From: Methanomassiliicoccaceae archaeon
GTDB lineage: Archaea; Thermoplasmatota; Thermoplasmata; Methanomassiliicoccales; Methanomassiliicoccaceae
Reading direction: 5' to 3'
Assembly (NCBI GenBank): GCA_963728405.1
Contig: CAVSJV010000007.1
Span: 288,001-352,000, forward strand
DNA: 64,000 nucleotides
The notes beneath the pieces were generated by a model. The model saw only the letters and a list, made by a program, of their open reading frames with translations, had not been told where the DNA came from and searched no databases. This document shows positions 54,384 through 64,000 of the stretch, one piece after another (the stretch's first letter is position 1; each line of letters begins with the position of its first letter). A program made the position numbers and the translations under genes.

Positions 54384-54535
54384 TCGGTCCTCGGCCGACA
54401 GGAATATCAAGGGGGAGCTGAAATGACAATTATGGAGGGACGGCCTCTATTGCTGTTCCGTACGCTTGAGAAAGCGCACGTTGTCGTGCCGCCCCTCTCC
54501 ATACATAATTATGTTCGGGATTCTCATTCTTCATC

Positions 54536-55288
54536 ATGAGGCGCGAGCACATCGGTGAGGAGTTCCAACGAGCGACCAAGCATGGTCGGGCCACGCTCGA
54601 AGGCAGGGCTCTCGACTGGGCCTCCAAGCCTCCAATTTATAAGAGCTATCCGGACTCTGAGAGGATGCAATTGCCCCTCCCCTCTCGCAGTGCCCTCCCC
54701 CTTGACGAGGCAATAAGAAAAAGGAAGAGCGTGAGGACCTTCTCGGACCAACCCATGATCCTGGATGAGCTGTCCTATGTCCTATGGGCATCCACGGGAA
54801 TAAGGGACTCGCGAGGCGGGCAGGATTTTCGCACCACTCCTTCGGCCGGAGCCCTATATCCGATCGAGACATACATCATTGCGAATTCTGTACAAGGGAT
54901 CGATGCCGGCCTCTACCATTACGATATCAAGGGCCATGCATTGGAATTGCTTTGGAGCGGCGAGCTGGGCAAAGGGATCGCTCATGCTGCGCTCGAGCAG
55001 GACATGTGCGCCCACGCCCCCATCGTGCTGATCTGGACCGCCATCTTCGAACGTTCCCGATGGAAGTACGGGCAACGAGCTTATCGCTACGTCTATCTGG
55101 ATGCGGGTCATGTGGCCGCGAATCTTGCCCTGTCGGCGGTGGCCATGGGCATGGGCTCCTGTCAGATTGCGGCGACATTCGACGATGAGGTCAACGAGCT
55201 TTTGGGCATTGATGGGGTCGAGGAAAGTGTCCTTTACCTGTCCGTGGTCGGCCACCCCGCTCTGCCTGGCCCCCCGTCATTCTTTTAA
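54536..55288 (+). CDS. SagB/ThcOx-family nitroreductase
   Basis: RKSVR, RTTPSAGALYP, YRYVYLDAGH. Confidence 0.9.
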   Translation: MRREHIGEEFQRATKHGRATLEGRALDWASKPPIYKSYPDSERMQLPLPSRSALPLDEAIRKRKSVRTFSDQPMILDELSYVLWASTGIRDSRGGQDFRTTPSAGALYPIETYIIANSVQGIDAGLYHYDIKGHALELLWSGELGKGIAHAALEQDMCAHAPIVLIWTAIFERSRWKYGQRAYRYVYLDAGHVAANLALSAVAMGMGSCQIAATFDDEVNELLGIDGVEESVLYLSVVGHPALPGPPSFF

Positions 55289-55898
55289 TGGGCCAGACTC
55301 CCAGGTATAAGCGAACCTATGGGGTCGAAGAAGGCAACGCCCGGGGTCCCGGAGAACAAGGGGGACGATCTGCCAGACGCCATAGGGCCTCCCGGGTCGG
55401 GTCCGGAGAGGCCGGACTTGATCGAGCCTCCGTCGAAAGGAAAAAAGTCCTGGGTCCAAAGGGGATCAAGTGAGCTGATCACAGCTCGATCGGGCGATAC
55501 GAGCGGAAAGTGTCTCCCGACATTTGTTGAAACCGAAGGACGGATCAGGGTGAGGGCTAGCAAGGCGGCGTCGGCGGAGCTATCGAGCCGACGATCACTG
55601 AGCAGTGGGAGGGTCAGCTCGATCCGAGGGGCCGCCCCATGAGGCCCGTTGCCATCCCACGCACTGGCAACGGAACGCCCCCATCGGGGAAGGTCGCGGA
55701 CAACATACGATCCCTTCTGGTCGGGCGCTTATTTTTGTGACCGCCCATTTGGCAACTCTGAAATGGATCACAGGGAGGCCCGCCCACCAGCGATGCCAAG
55801 CTAGAAATAGAATCGGATTATTCCTCAACTAAGCGGCCTTGGGCTCGAACTACGCTGGAACTGGTTCCAGCGGAGCCTCGTGGTCTTGGACCGAACAT

Positions 55899-55971
55899 AG
55901 CCCCGTAGTGTAGTGGTCAATCATGCCGGCCTTTGGAGCCAGCGACGGCAGTTCGAATCTGCCCGGGGCTA
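55899..55971 (+). tRNA. tRNA-Gln(TTG)
   Basis: AGCCCCG/CGGGGCT acceptor, CTTTGGA loop, GGCAG-TTCGAAT-CTGCC; one C-A mismatch in anticodon stem. Confidence 0.9.
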
Positions 55972-56019
55972 CTTCCTATTCTTCTAGGATCGCCATTATT
56001 GCACTCTCAGGGTCCTCGT

Positions 56020-56262
56020 TTAGCGCTCTATGCAACTCCTTGATATCGAAAGGTCCGGGGGGGAGAGCATCCTGTCATGCGCCCGACCGACGACGGCCTG
56101 AGGCATCTTGAGGGGGTGGGCACCTGCGCGGTCGCCTGCACGTCCCACGGATCCCGGGGTCCACCGGGCCACCTCAATGGGCCCCAAGGTCCGACCATGG
56201 GGCTCCACCGAACGGTTCAGGTCCAAGACGGACACGGCCATGTGGTCAGTGCGACGGAACAC
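56020..56262 (-). pseudogene. degenerate VOC/glyoxalase-family gene
   Basis: 'RRTDHMAVSVLDLNRSVE..GRTLG' matches the VOC N-terminal pattern, then decays. Confidence 0.45.
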
Positions 56263-56301
56263 GAGATCGCTGCTCGGTCAACGGCCCCATGATGGCGAGC
56301 G

Positions 56302-56820
56302 TCACCATCGTTCCGAATGGACCAATTCTTCGATCTTGACCCGGGGCGGTTGGCGCCCCTCCTTTTTGGGCTTTCCAATGGGCAGTATGGCCACCGGCCG
56401 GGCATGGTCCGGGAGACCTAAGGCCTCGGACACTCGCCATTCATCGAACGTCCCCACCCAGCATGACCCGTACCCCTGTGCCGCTATGTACAGTAGGATG
56501 TTCTCGATCGAGGCCGCCACATCCTGGAGGCAGAACAGGTCCCGCCCTCTTGGTCCGTACTCGATGATCCGGTCCAGGTTGGCGCAGCAGACGATGACCA
56601 CCGGGGCTTCAGCGATGTACATCTGGTCGTGAGCGGCGACGGCCAGCCCTTTCTTGGTACCCTCATTTCTGATCACTACAAAGTCCCTGGCCTGCAGGTT
56701 CCCTGCCGACGGCGCCAGATTCGCCATCAGCAATGCCTCGTTCACGATCTCGTCCGGCACCGGTTCGTCGGTGAAGCCTCTGACGCTCCTCCGCATCTTG
56801 AAACACTCGTTCAGGTCCAA
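56302..56820 (-). CDS. nitroreductase family protein
   Basis: RRSVR.F, APSAGNLQ, GSCWVG. Confidence 0.92.
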   Translation of the reverse strand: MDLNECFKMRRSVRGFTDEPVPDEIVNEALLMANLAPSAGNLQARDFVVIRNEGTKKGLAVAAHDQMYIAEAPVVIVCCANLDRIIEYGPRGRDLFCLQDVAASIENILLYIAAQGYGSCWVGTFDEWRVSEALGLPDHARPVAILPIGKPKKEGRQPPRVKIEELVHSERW

Positions 56821-56926
56821 TTGTCCTTCGCTCCCGGTAATAATCGGGACCAGCGGTATTTATCTTTCTCTGCGATTAGAATAAATGTTCAGTAACCTTT
56901 TTCAGGTCCCCGTCCATCACCCGGTC

Positions 56927-57154
56927 GTGAGCGTGGAGTGCACCATCGAGCTAGAGTATGGCCAAGAGGATGAGGCTATGGCGGTCTTGAACGCCATATC
57001 TCCAGACAACGCCCCATACGCCGAGGCCACCCTGCACGGGAGCAAGATCATCATCCGTTCCCTCTCCCATACCTGCCCGCAGATGCTGCACACCATGGAG
57101 GACCTCCTGGCCTGCCTGCGGGTGGCGGAGGAGACCGTCCAGGCATCGAAGTGA
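56927..57154 (+). CDS. second Pcc1-family (KEOPS) protein
   Basis: 'AVLNAISPDN...LHTMEDLLACLRVAE' pattern, ~75 aa. Confidence 0.75.
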   Translation: MSVECTIELEYGQEDEAMAVLNAISPDNAPYAEATLHGSKIIIRSLSHTCPQMLHTMEDLLACLRVAEETVQASK

Positions 57155-59107
57155 TCAGAGCTTGATCCCTTCTCGGACCTTGACTGCGATACCAGTGCGG
57201 AAGGCGAACATCTCTTCCCTCGTCAGCAGAGCACGGCCGAGGGCAACCAGATCATCATTTTTGTCCACGATCATGACCTCATCCATCGGACGAACCTCCG
57301 GATCACATTCCTGAACAAAGGCGCAGAAGACGTTCTTCCCTTCTCGGTTGAACGGGATGGCATCATCCTTCACCACCACTCTAAGCTTGGGCGAGGGAAA
57401 CCCTCTCTTGAGCCGGACCGCGCCTGGAGGACGTAAGGTGAAGAAGCCGTCGTTCGCCCTCATCGATAGTATGTGCTCCTTGTCGACCAGGACATTGCGT
57501 ATCTTTCCGGTGGTCTCCGATTTCTTGATCTCGATCTTACCGGCGAGCAGAATGTCGGCCGCTCCCTTGCCGAACTGGTAGTCCGATACCGCCCTGACCC
57601 TGGCGATGTCCATGTCGAAGGATGAGGGTTTCTGGCACATCATGGCCAGGACGTCTATCGTTGCTTGCCCGTCCCAGGCCACTCCCAGCGCGTAAGTATG
57701 CTCATGGGACAAGTGCTCCATCTGCTCGCGGATCCGCTCCTTGGTCTCCAGATCGGGGGGAGAGGGGAACAGGGACTGCGCCACCGGATACATCTCGTCG
57801 AGCTCGATGGGCACTGGCCCGATGGGGGAAGCCACGAAGAAGTGGGCATCGCACGATCCGAGGACATCAGCGATCTGCTGTTGATAGTGTCTTCCATAGG
57901 GCTTGCCGCCCTCCTCGAACGCCACCATGACCTCGGTCGAGGGGTACTGGTACCGTTCAAAGAACCTTTTCTCGTAGCGAAGGAATGCCGGCCGGCCTAG
58001 GGTCTCCGGACCAGTGTACAATATGCAGTTGTCCCGGCTGATCGGTTCGAACTTCTCCAGGTACTCCTGGTGCTTGCCCAGGCGCCTCAGGGCGCTCAGG
58101 AGGGCGGGATGGGCGCGGCAACGCCTCTCCACAAGCTCCCAGAGGTCCCCCTCAAGGATCGCCCGCTTGATCCTCTGGATCTCCTCTAGGGAGGCCCATA
58201 GATTGTGGCGGGCGATGAGCGCGGTCCGTTCCGCCGGCTTCATGGCGGTGATCTCCTGGTAGGTGTGGGACTGGCAGGCGGGGCAGTGGCAGTGGATATC
58301 CTTCATGTCCGAGAGGCTGGCCGTCCCCTCGGGGAACATGAAGCGGTCGTCCCGGGCGAACTTGGCGTAGGATGCGGAGTCGAACATGTCGCAGCCCAGA
58401 AGGGTGGCCAGGGCGAACACCATGGGGTGCCCGGCGCCGAACAGATGGACCGGTCGGCTGGGGTCCAGCCCCTTCTTCGAAGCTACGATCACATCGACGA
58501 GGTCGGCGAACCGATATTGTTCCATGAGCGGGACCACGCCACCGATAGGGTGGACGTCCACGTCGATCAGGGCAAGGCGGCGGGCACAGTCCTCTCTCAG
58601 GTCCTCGAAGATCGATCCCTGTACCACCCCGGCCAGCAGCATCTTGCCCTTGAGGGTGGCCGCTTCCACGGTGCGGTCCATGGTCACATCGACGGCGCGC
58701 ATAGTCTTTTCCTTGGTCCAATCCGGCTCGGTGAATATGTCCAGTACGGTGCCTATGTCGGCGCCAATCTCCCGCTGGAAGTTGATGATGTCCTCGTTCC
58801 TGAGCTCGACCTCGCCGTACATATGCGACTGGAACGTCCCAGAATCGGTCATTATGACCCCTGGGAAGTCCAACATGGCGTGGAGCCCCTCGCTCTTGGC
58901 CCGGGGATTAAGCTTGGGATCGTTCTTGATGATGTAGGAGTTGGTGATGAGGGCCCGGAAGCCGAACACGTCGTACAGTTCCCGGGGAGGGACGGTGACC
59001 AGCCGGGGATTGACCACCGGCAGAAGGGCGGGCGTTTCCAGCGGACCGTGGGCGGTATCCAGCTTTCCGATCCTGGCCAGGCCGTCCCGCCTGATGAGCT
59101 CGAACAT
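57155..59107 (-). CDS. tgtA: archaeosine tRNA-guanine(15) transglycosylase with PUA domain
   Basis: ETPALLPVVNP, MTDSGTFQ, HLFGAGHP, DMFDSASY, CHCPAC, C-terminal PUA. Confidence 0.96.
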   Translation of the reverse strand: MFELIRRDGLARIGKLDTAHGPLETPALLPVVNPRLVTVPPRELYDVFGFRALITNSYIIKNDPKLNPRAKSEGLHAMLDFPGVIMTDSGTFQSHMYGEVELRNEDIINFQREIGADIGTVLDIFTEPDWTKEKTMRAVDVTMDRTVEAATLKGKMLLAGVVQGSIFEDLREDCARRLALIDVDVHPIGGVVPLMEQYRFADLVDVIVASKKGLDPSRPVHLFGAGHPMVFALATLLGCDMFDSASYAKFARDDRFMFPEGTASLSDMKDIHCHCPACQSHTYQEITAMKPAERTALIARHNLWASLEEIQRIKRAILEGDLWELVERRCRAHPALLSALRRLGKHQEYLEKFEPISRDNCILYTGPETLGRPAFLRYEKRFFERYQYPSTEVMVAFEEGGKPYGRHYQQQIADVLGSCDAHFFVASPIGPVPIELDEMYPVAQSLFPSPPDLETKERIREQMEHLSHEHTYALGVAWDGQATIDVLAMMCQKPSSFDMDIARVRAVSDYQFGKGAADILLAGKIEIKKSETTGKIRNVLVDKEHILSMRANDGFFTLRPPGAVRLKRGFPSPKLRVVVKDDAIPFNREGKNVFCAFVQECDPEVRPMDEVMIVDKNDDLVALGRALLTREEMFAFRTGIAVKVREGIKL

Positions 59108-59152
59108 GGTTCATGGGATGGCAGGGAAATAGATAAGGCTTTACCGGGGCCG

Positions 59153-59385
59153 GGATCCTGGATTCGTACTGCGCATCAGTGGCCCTTCACCGCCCTAATC
59201 TCCCATCGGCAAGGCGCTGCGATCATTGGGACCTGACCGGCCGCCGAGGCGCTCCGCATAAGGCGGGCCATCGCCCCAAATAGCGTGGCGAACAACGGGT
59301 CAGTGGTCGGGTTGACCCCAATGATCTCTGCGATCTCCGATGGTTCGGGAGCTTCACCAGGGCCACGTGCTTCCCCATGGGGTCC
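59153..59385. ncRNA. candidate structured RNA / palindromic element of unknown family
   Basis: Nested helices 59179-86/59359-66, 59203-09/59337-43, 59221-30/59317-26, 59233-38/59298-303. Confidence 0.4.
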
Positions 59386-59437
59386 GCCATCTTTTAATCC
59401 TATAAATGTCGTCCCTTCACCAATCTCTGGTATGTTT

Positions 59438-59791
59438 ATGGAATACAAGATGGTCATAGTGGTCCGGTCCGACCTCAAGATATCAGCAGGCAAGATGGCC
59501 GCGCAGGTCGCGCACGCCGCGGTGAATTGTGCCTTTGCCGCCAAGAAGAGGACCCCCGACTGGTTCGATCGGTGGTACGCCGAGGGTCAGCGTAAGGTCG
59601 TGGTGAAGGTGCCGACCCTGGATGATCTGTATGAGGTCAAGAGCAACGCCGAGGCTCTCAAGTTGGTCACTTCGCTCATCACCGACGCGGGCATGACCGA
59701 GATCCCCCCGAACACCGTGACCTGTCTGGGCATCGGCCCGGGGCCGAGCGATGTTCTGGACAAGGTGACCGGGCACCTCAAGCTGGTATGA
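59438..59791 (+). CDS. pth2: peptidyl-tRNA hydrolase Pth2
   Basis: KMVIVVRSDL..GKMAAQVAHA, DAGMTEI, GIGP. Confidence 0.95.
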   Translation: MEYKMVIVVRSDLKISAGKMAAQVAHAAVNCAFAAKKRTPDWFDRWYAEGQRKVVVKVPTLDDLYEVKSNAEALKLVTSLITDAGMTEIPPNTVTCLGIGPGPSDVLDKVTGHLKLV

Positions 59792-60366
59792 GCTTGAAGC
59801 ATCAGATCAGGGTGCTGGGTATCGATGATTCCCCCTTCACTTTCCAGACCAAGAAGGCCCTGATCGTGGGCGTGGTGGCGCGTTTGCCCATGTACATCGA
59901 GGGGATCATGCGCACCGAGATCGCCGTGGATGGCAGTGATGCCAACGAAGCCATCATCTCCATGCTCGGCCGCTCCCGATACCGTGAGCAGGTCCGCCTG
60001 ATCATGTTCGATGGAGTGACCGTGGGAGGTTTCAATGTCATCGACATCGACCGCATTCACGAGGGGACAGGCATACCGTGCGCCACCGTCACTCGGGAGA
60101 TGCCCGACTTTGACCGCATGGAGGGGGCGCTGCGTAGCCACTTCCCCGATTGGCAGGCCCGCCTCGCGGTCATCAAGAAAAAACCACTGTTCAATGTCGG
60201 CCCAAGACGCCGCTCGCTTTATGCAACGCTATCGGGGATAGACGCGGAGACTTTCGAAACGATCCTGGCCGAGTGCACCGTCCAGGGGCGCCTCCCCGAG
60301 CCGTTGCGGATAGCTCACCTGATCTCCAGCGCCATGGTCCTGGGCGAATCCCACGGTCGGGCCTAG
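59788..60366 (+). CDS. DUF99 / endonuclease V-like protein
   Basis: RVLGIDD, DGVTVGGFN, PEPLRIAH. Confidence 0.88.
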   Translation: MSLKHQIRVLGIDDSPFTFQTKKALIVGVVARLPMYIEGIMRTEIAVDGSDANEAIISMLGRSRYREQVRLIMFDGVTVGGFNVIDIDRIHEGTGIPCATVTREMPDFDRMEGALRSHFPDWQARLAVIKKKPLFNVGPRRRSLYATLSGIDAETFETILAECTVQGRLPEPLRIAHLISSAMVLGESHGRA

Positions 60367-61031
60367 GCTTCCTGGTCCAGACCTTGCTTCAAGGCAGTGC
60401 AGAGATCGGAGCTTACGGGGTCACCGCATTCCATCATGACCTCACTGCTGTCGCCAGCCTGCTTGGTGATAGTGATGGACACCTTGCTCTTGGGCAAGTT
60501 GATCGATGTCCTCTTGCCGGAATGGACGATATTGTAGTCCTCCTGGCGAGAAGCACAGACGGTCTTGATATCTGAGGTTAGGTCCTCCGGTCCCTGGTGG
60601 TAGAACCTGATGTCCGTCCGTTCGTTGCGGTCCTTGTTCCTGGAGTTGTAGGCCATGACTGCGATGAGCAGAAGGGCAAGCAGGGCAAGCACCGCGAATG
60701 TAAGGGGCTGTTCCGGATCTAGGCCTTTACTGCTCGAGATCACTGCGACCCCGAAGACCGAGGCTGCCGAGATATAGATCGTGCCGATAAGACCGGTCAC
60801 CAGCCTCTGCGGCATGGTGTTCTTGGCCCAGCATTGATAATGTAGCCGCAGGGCCCGGTAGGCCGGATAGACCGTCAGGCCGGTCAAGCCAAGCGTCACT
60901 ACGAACAGCGGCGTGAACAGGCCGTCGTATAATATGTATGAATATAGCATAACGGCCAGAAGTATCGGTACGATCAATGCCAGAAACGTACTCGATGGCC
61001 TTCTGGGCCCTATCCAGCTGGCGAGCTGCAT
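60363..61031 (-). CDS. hypothetical membrane protein (4 TM plus soluble C-terminus)
   Basis: 222-aa ORF with four hydrophobic segments. Confidence 0.7.
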   Translation of the reverse strand: MQLASWIGPRRPSSTFLALIVPILLAVMLYSYILYDGLFTPLFVVTLGLTGLTVYPAYRALRLHYQCWAKNTMPQRLVTGLIGTIYISAASVFGVAVISSSKGLDPEQPLTFAVLALLALLLIAVMAYNSRNKDRNERTDIRFYHQGPEDLTSDIKTVCASRQEDYNIVHSGKRTSINLPKSKVSITITKQAGDSSEVMMECGDPVSSDLCTALKQGLDQEA

Positions 61032-61239
61032 CCCCTTCGTCGCCCATCATCCCATCCGGGAAGGGCATTCTGTTGGCCAGATAAATGGGTTTCTACAATA
61101 ATCGCACGGAACGTTTCGTACGGGACCTATCCGATAGTGGTTTACACTATTATTGGTAGTATCATATGCACGCCATAGTAGCATACTCTTTATTGAATTC
61201 CGCGGGAATTCACAAGAACCACGGAGGCGTCACCACGAA

Positions 61240-61818
61240 CGAAGCATGTTCCCACGGGTGCGAGGACGGATCGAACTTCTGCCCGATATGCGGGGCAAAG
61301 ATGAGGGGGCACCGTTGGACATTCCTGATCAGGCCGCTATCTCCGACGAAGCTTCTGCTCCGCCGGTAGAATGCGAGCACTTGTGGCCCCCCCGCGGCGT
61401 TCGAAGGGAAAGGAAGGGGGATTGGTGGTGGCCTGACCACCACGGCGGTACTGGCCATGGCGATTATCGCTATGATCGCATCCAGTGGCGTATCTTACAC
61501 GGGCAGCAATCGGGCCACCACGTTGTCCTCGACCCTTGAGGACCATGTGATCAGGGCCGTCTCGGTGAGATGGATGTCCGAGAGCTTCGGAGGGGAGGAC
61601 TTCACATTTGGGTGACCGTGATCAACATGTGTAATGTCACCGGGGCGGCTACCATCTACCTCCTGATCTATGGCAATGATACTGAATTTGCCGATCTAAC
61701 GGCCTCGGTAGTCCTAGACCCCGGCGTGGTGATGATCCATCCCTTCACCGTTTCTCTCTTCGAGCTGATCGAAGACAATCAACCCCGGTCGGCCACGGTG
61801 CTTGCCTGGATGGGTTGA
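61240..61818 (+). pseudogene. degenerate zinc-ribbon + TM + exported-domain gene
   Basis: 'SNFCPICGAKM', 'AVLAMAIIAMIA', 'IWVTVIN..NVTG' in different frames. Confidence 0.35.
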
Positions 61819-62162
61819 ATGTTCACTCGCTCGCTCCCCCCCCCGAACGTCCGTGCAGGGGGCATGCTTCTTTCATTTTCATAACGGTCGGCGCCAGATA
61901 TATTTCCATTTTTTCGTCCGATATTAATTTTATATCATTTATGATATACAATAAAGAAGCAAAGCCGTCGTACCTAGCTCAGGTTCGCTCGGAAGAATAA
62001 AATAGCAACGGAGTTCATCGAGGCCAGCAGTAAAATTGGCCAACCGAATGGTTTTAATACGGGTGTTCATTAAGAGTTAGCTGAACGGTCTCTGAAAAAC
62101 CCTTAACTCTTAAATATAACTATCATAATAAGGAGCCCGCTTCTGACAAAGAAGGTGAAACA

Positions 62163-62591
62163 TTGGCTAGAGGTCTTTACACGGCTAGGAAGCTCAAGAG
62201 CGACCGTCAAAAATTCAGATGGTCCGACAGCACATATAAGCGGAGAATGTTGAAGCTCCGGGAGAAGTCCGACCCCCTAGAGGGTGCGGCTCAGGCCCGT
62301 GGCATCGTACTGGAAAAGGTAGGTATCGAGGCCAAGCAACCCAACTCCGGCATCAGAAAGTGCGTCAAGGTCCAACTAATCAAGAATGGACGCCAGATCA
62401 CCGCATTCGCGGTCGGAGACGGCGCCATCAACTTCATCGACGAGCACGACGAGGTCCTTGTTGAGGGCATCGGCGGTAGGATGGGAAGGTCATACGGTGA
62501 CATTCCTGGTGTTCGTTACAAGGTGGTCCAGATCAACAACGTTTCTCTCAACGAGCTCGTTAGGGGCCGCAAGGAGAAGCCGGTGAGGTGA
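62163..62591 (+). CDS. rps12: 30S ribosomal protein S12 (uS12)
   Basis: [20 protein letters not shown]. Confidence 0.98.
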   Translation: MARGLYTARKLKSDRQKFRWSDSTYKRRMLKLREKSDPLEGAAQARGIVLEKVGIEAKQPNSGIRKCVKVQLIKNGRQITAFAVGDGAINFIDEHDEVLVEGIGGRMGRSYGDIPGVRYKVVQINNVSLNELVRGRKEKPVR

Positions 62592-63184
62592 ACACAGTGG
62601 AAGGAGATATTCAGATTTCGAGCGGTGTGCTGCTCTTCGGCAAGTACGAAATGACTGGAATTGGCATCAGAGACGGCGGCCTAGCCAAATACATAGACCT
62701 CACCCCCGTCGCCATCCCTCACACGGGTGGAAAGCACGCCAACCGGTCCTTCGGGAAGTCCAAGGTCAGCATCGTAGAGCGCCTGGTCAACAATCTCATG
62801 AGGACCGAGGTCTACACCGGAAAGAAGGCCAAGTCCATGGGATTGGTCAAGGATGCTTTCCAGATCATTGCTACCAAGACCAAGAAGAACCCGGTCCAGG
62901 TACTGGTCGAGGCATTGGAGAACGCCGCCCCCCGTGAGGAGATCACCCGGTTGCAGTTCGGTGGAATTTCCGTCCCTAAGGCCGTGGATGTAGGTCCGTC
63001 CAGGAGATTGGACATCGCCTTGAGGAACATCGCAAAGGGCACCGTTAATGCATCTTTCAAGAACAAGAAACCGGTCGAGGAATGCCTCGCCGATGAGCTC
63101 ATCCTCGCCGCCAAGGGCGACATGAATTCGTTCTCCGTAGCTAAAAAAGAGGAGCTGGAGCGCGTAGCTTCGTCGGCCCGTTAA
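62588..63184 (+). CDS. rps7: 30S ribosomal protein S7 (uS7)
   Basis: [23 protein letters not shown]. Confidence 0.97.
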   Translation: MNTVEGDIQISSGVLLFGKYEMTGIGIRDGGLAKYIDLTPVAIPHTGGKHANRSFGKSKVSIVERLVNNLMRTEVYTGKKAKSMGLVKDAFQIIATKTKKNPVQVLVEALENAAPREEITRLQFGGISVPKAVDVGPSRRLDIALRNIAKGTVNASFKNKKPVEECLADELILAAKGDMNSFSVAKKEELERVASSAR

Positions 63185-63211
63185 ACATGGTCATGATCAA
63201 GGTGATTGAAT

Positions 63212-64000
63212 ATGGGACGTAAGGAAGACAACATAGCACGGGCCCAAGCGATCTCGAAGAACCCTGAATTCATCAGGAACATCGGGACCGCAGCCCACAT
63301 CGACCACGGCAAGACCACTTTGAGCGATAACCTCATCGCTGGCGCCGGCATGATGTCTGAGGACCTCGCCGGAAAGCAGCTCATGCTTGATTTCGACGAG
63401 CAGGAGCAGGCCCGTGGTATCACCATCAACGCCGCAAACGCTTCGATGGTGCACAAGTACGGTGGTAAGGAATACCTTATCAACCTCATCGATACCCCTG
63501 GTCACGTCGACTTCGGTGGCGACGTCACTAGGGCAATGAGGGCGCTCGATGGCTGCATCATCCTGGTCTGCGCCGTGGAAGGCATCATGCCTCAGACCGA
63601 AACAGTCATCCGGCAGGCCCTGAAGGAGCGTGTTCGCCCCGTTCTGTTCATCAACAAGGTCGACCGGCTTATCAACGAGCTCAAGGTCACTCCTCAGGAG
63701 ATGCAGCAGAGGTTCACTACCATCATCACCGAGGTCAACCGCCGTATCGCTACCCAGCTGCCCGAACCGCTGAACAAGGAATGGCAGGTCCGGCCTGAGA
63801 ACGGAAGCGTCGCCTTCGGCAGTGCATTCCACAACTGGGCCGTTAACGTTCCGTTCATGAAGCGGACCGGGGTCACCTTCAAGGAAGTATACGAATACTG
63901 CAAGAACAATGAGCAGAAGATCTTGGCCAAGAAGTCCCCGGTGCATGAGGTCCTGCTCAATATGGCCATCGAGCATGTCCCCAACCCGCTGGATGCCCAG
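63212..64000 (+). CDS. fusA: elongation factor 2 (partial, runs off window)
   Basis: Manual translation [32 protein letters not shown]. Confidence 0.97.
   Translation, partial: MGRKEDNIARAQAISKNPEFIRNIGTAAHIDHGKTTLSDNLIAGAGMMSEDLAGKQLMLDFDEQEQARGITINAANASMVHKYGGKEYLINLIDTPGHVDFGGDVTRAMRALDGCIILVCAVEGIMPQTETVIRQALKERVRPVLFINKVDRLINELKVTPQEMQQRFTTIITEVNRRIATQLPEPLNKEWQVRPENGSVAFGSAFHNWAVNVPFMKRTGVTFKEVYEYCKNNEQKILAKKSPVHEVLLNMAIEHVPNPLDAQ

Noticed and set aside
54536-55288. RiPP/TOMM biosynthetic cluster around the SagB-like gene
   Set aside because: No YcaO cyclodehydratase or precursor peptide nearby; stand-alone SagB-like nitroreductases are common in archaea.
1-64000. CRISPR array
   Set aside because: No regularly spaced 25-40 bp repeats and no cas genes seen.

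Overview
Archaeal chromosome segment, most consistent with a Methanomassiliicoccales/Thermoplasmata methanogen (HdrA-MvhDGA, aIF2beta with TRAM domain, unlinked 16S gene, archaeosine TGT). Core blocks are the exosome/proteasome superoperon (pfdB-pcc1-rpoP-rpl37ae-rrp42-rrp41-rrp4-SBDS-psmA-rnp2) with ftsZ, an hdrA-like/mvhD/mvhG/mvhA operon, nnr, srp19/rps8e, a presenilin homolog, pyrG, a stand-alone 16S rRNA gene, glnA, tgtA/pth2 and the start of rps12-rps7-fusA. Accessory DNA lies at about 23.9-27.1 kb and in tandem integrative islands at tRNA-Ser(GCT) (35.0-46.6 kb and 46.6 to about 51.8 kb), each starting with a tyrosine integrase and ending in a TspO-like gene. Most notable: (1) the 16S body departs strongly, with compensatory changes, from canonical Euryarchaeota/Thermoplasmata motifs and resembles DPANN-type 16S while its ends and flanks fit the host (assembly/polishing chimera or real mosaic); (2) a ~240-nt multi-helix rod-like structure between tgtA and pth2 that matches no RNA family I recognise; (3) the tandem att/integrase/TspO island architecture with redox cargo. 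Many single-base frameshifts, even in core genes, point to consensus errors, so pseudogene calls are provisional. All product calls come from motif recognition; no database searches were run.
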